64,000 nt of DNA from Octopus sinensis. Taxonomy: Eukaryota. This document shows positions 63,686 to 64,000 of the stretch, one piece after another. Under the pieces are notes generated by a model, which searched no databases, was not told the DNA's origin, and saw nothing but the letters and a program-made list of their open reading frames with translations. Numbering within the stretch: the first letter of the stretch is position 1; each line of letters begins with the position of its first letter. Position numbers and translations under genes: made by a program. The stretch covers positions 11,904,001 through 11,968,000 of the forward strand of contig NC_043012.1 of the NCBI RefSeq assembly GCF_006345805.1, given 5' to 3'.

Positions 63686-64000
63686 ACGCATCGTTTTTCT
63701 AAACAAAGATAAAGTACTATCTACAGGTGATTTAGTTGTTATGTCTAGCTGGTGAAGAGTCCGCGTAGGGAATCCCTTGGTGCTTCTCATGGGCGGTAGA
63801 TTTTTGCGGTCGTTGCTACTGTTGGTATATGATTATACCATTCTAGTGGTACTTGTGAATTTTAAGTGTGTGGGCGTGTTTGCGCTTGTAAGTATATGTA
63901 CATATTATCGTGGATGTCGATATGCGCATGCGCATACACACACACATACACTCCCATGTACACACACACACACACTCACACATATGCACTGTGTGTGTGT

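Overview
This is AT-rich, repeat-saturated eukaryotic DNA. The SINE families and the density of di- and tri-nucleotide microsatellites look like an octopus/coleoid cephalopod genome; that is recalled resemblance and cannot be verified here. No host protein-coding exon can be identified with confidence, so the window reads as intergenic or large-intron sequence. Almost every ORF in the supplied track is an artefact of simple repeats. Supported coding relics are all transposon-derived: a Penelope-like element (RT C-terminus plus GIY-YIG, ~1.2-2.6 kb), an intron-containing Tc1-type transposase pseudogene (57881-59002, minus), a mariner 3' end (44.3-44.7 kb), two further Tc1/mariner fragments and two LINE ORF2 fragments. 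About 50 copies or fragments of 3-4 tRNA-derived SINE families were counted by eye. The most interesting signals are three. (1) At least six different Penelope-type terminal repeats each carry a hammerhead-ribozyme-like fold; one has an intact core at 42290-42340 and several have family-specific non-canonical cores. (2) Three small fold-back elements have inverted arms that end inside that hammerhead motif. (3) A clean GT-AG intron sits just after the first catalytic motif of the Tc1 transposase. Element boundaries were read by eye and are approximate unless given to the base with sequence.
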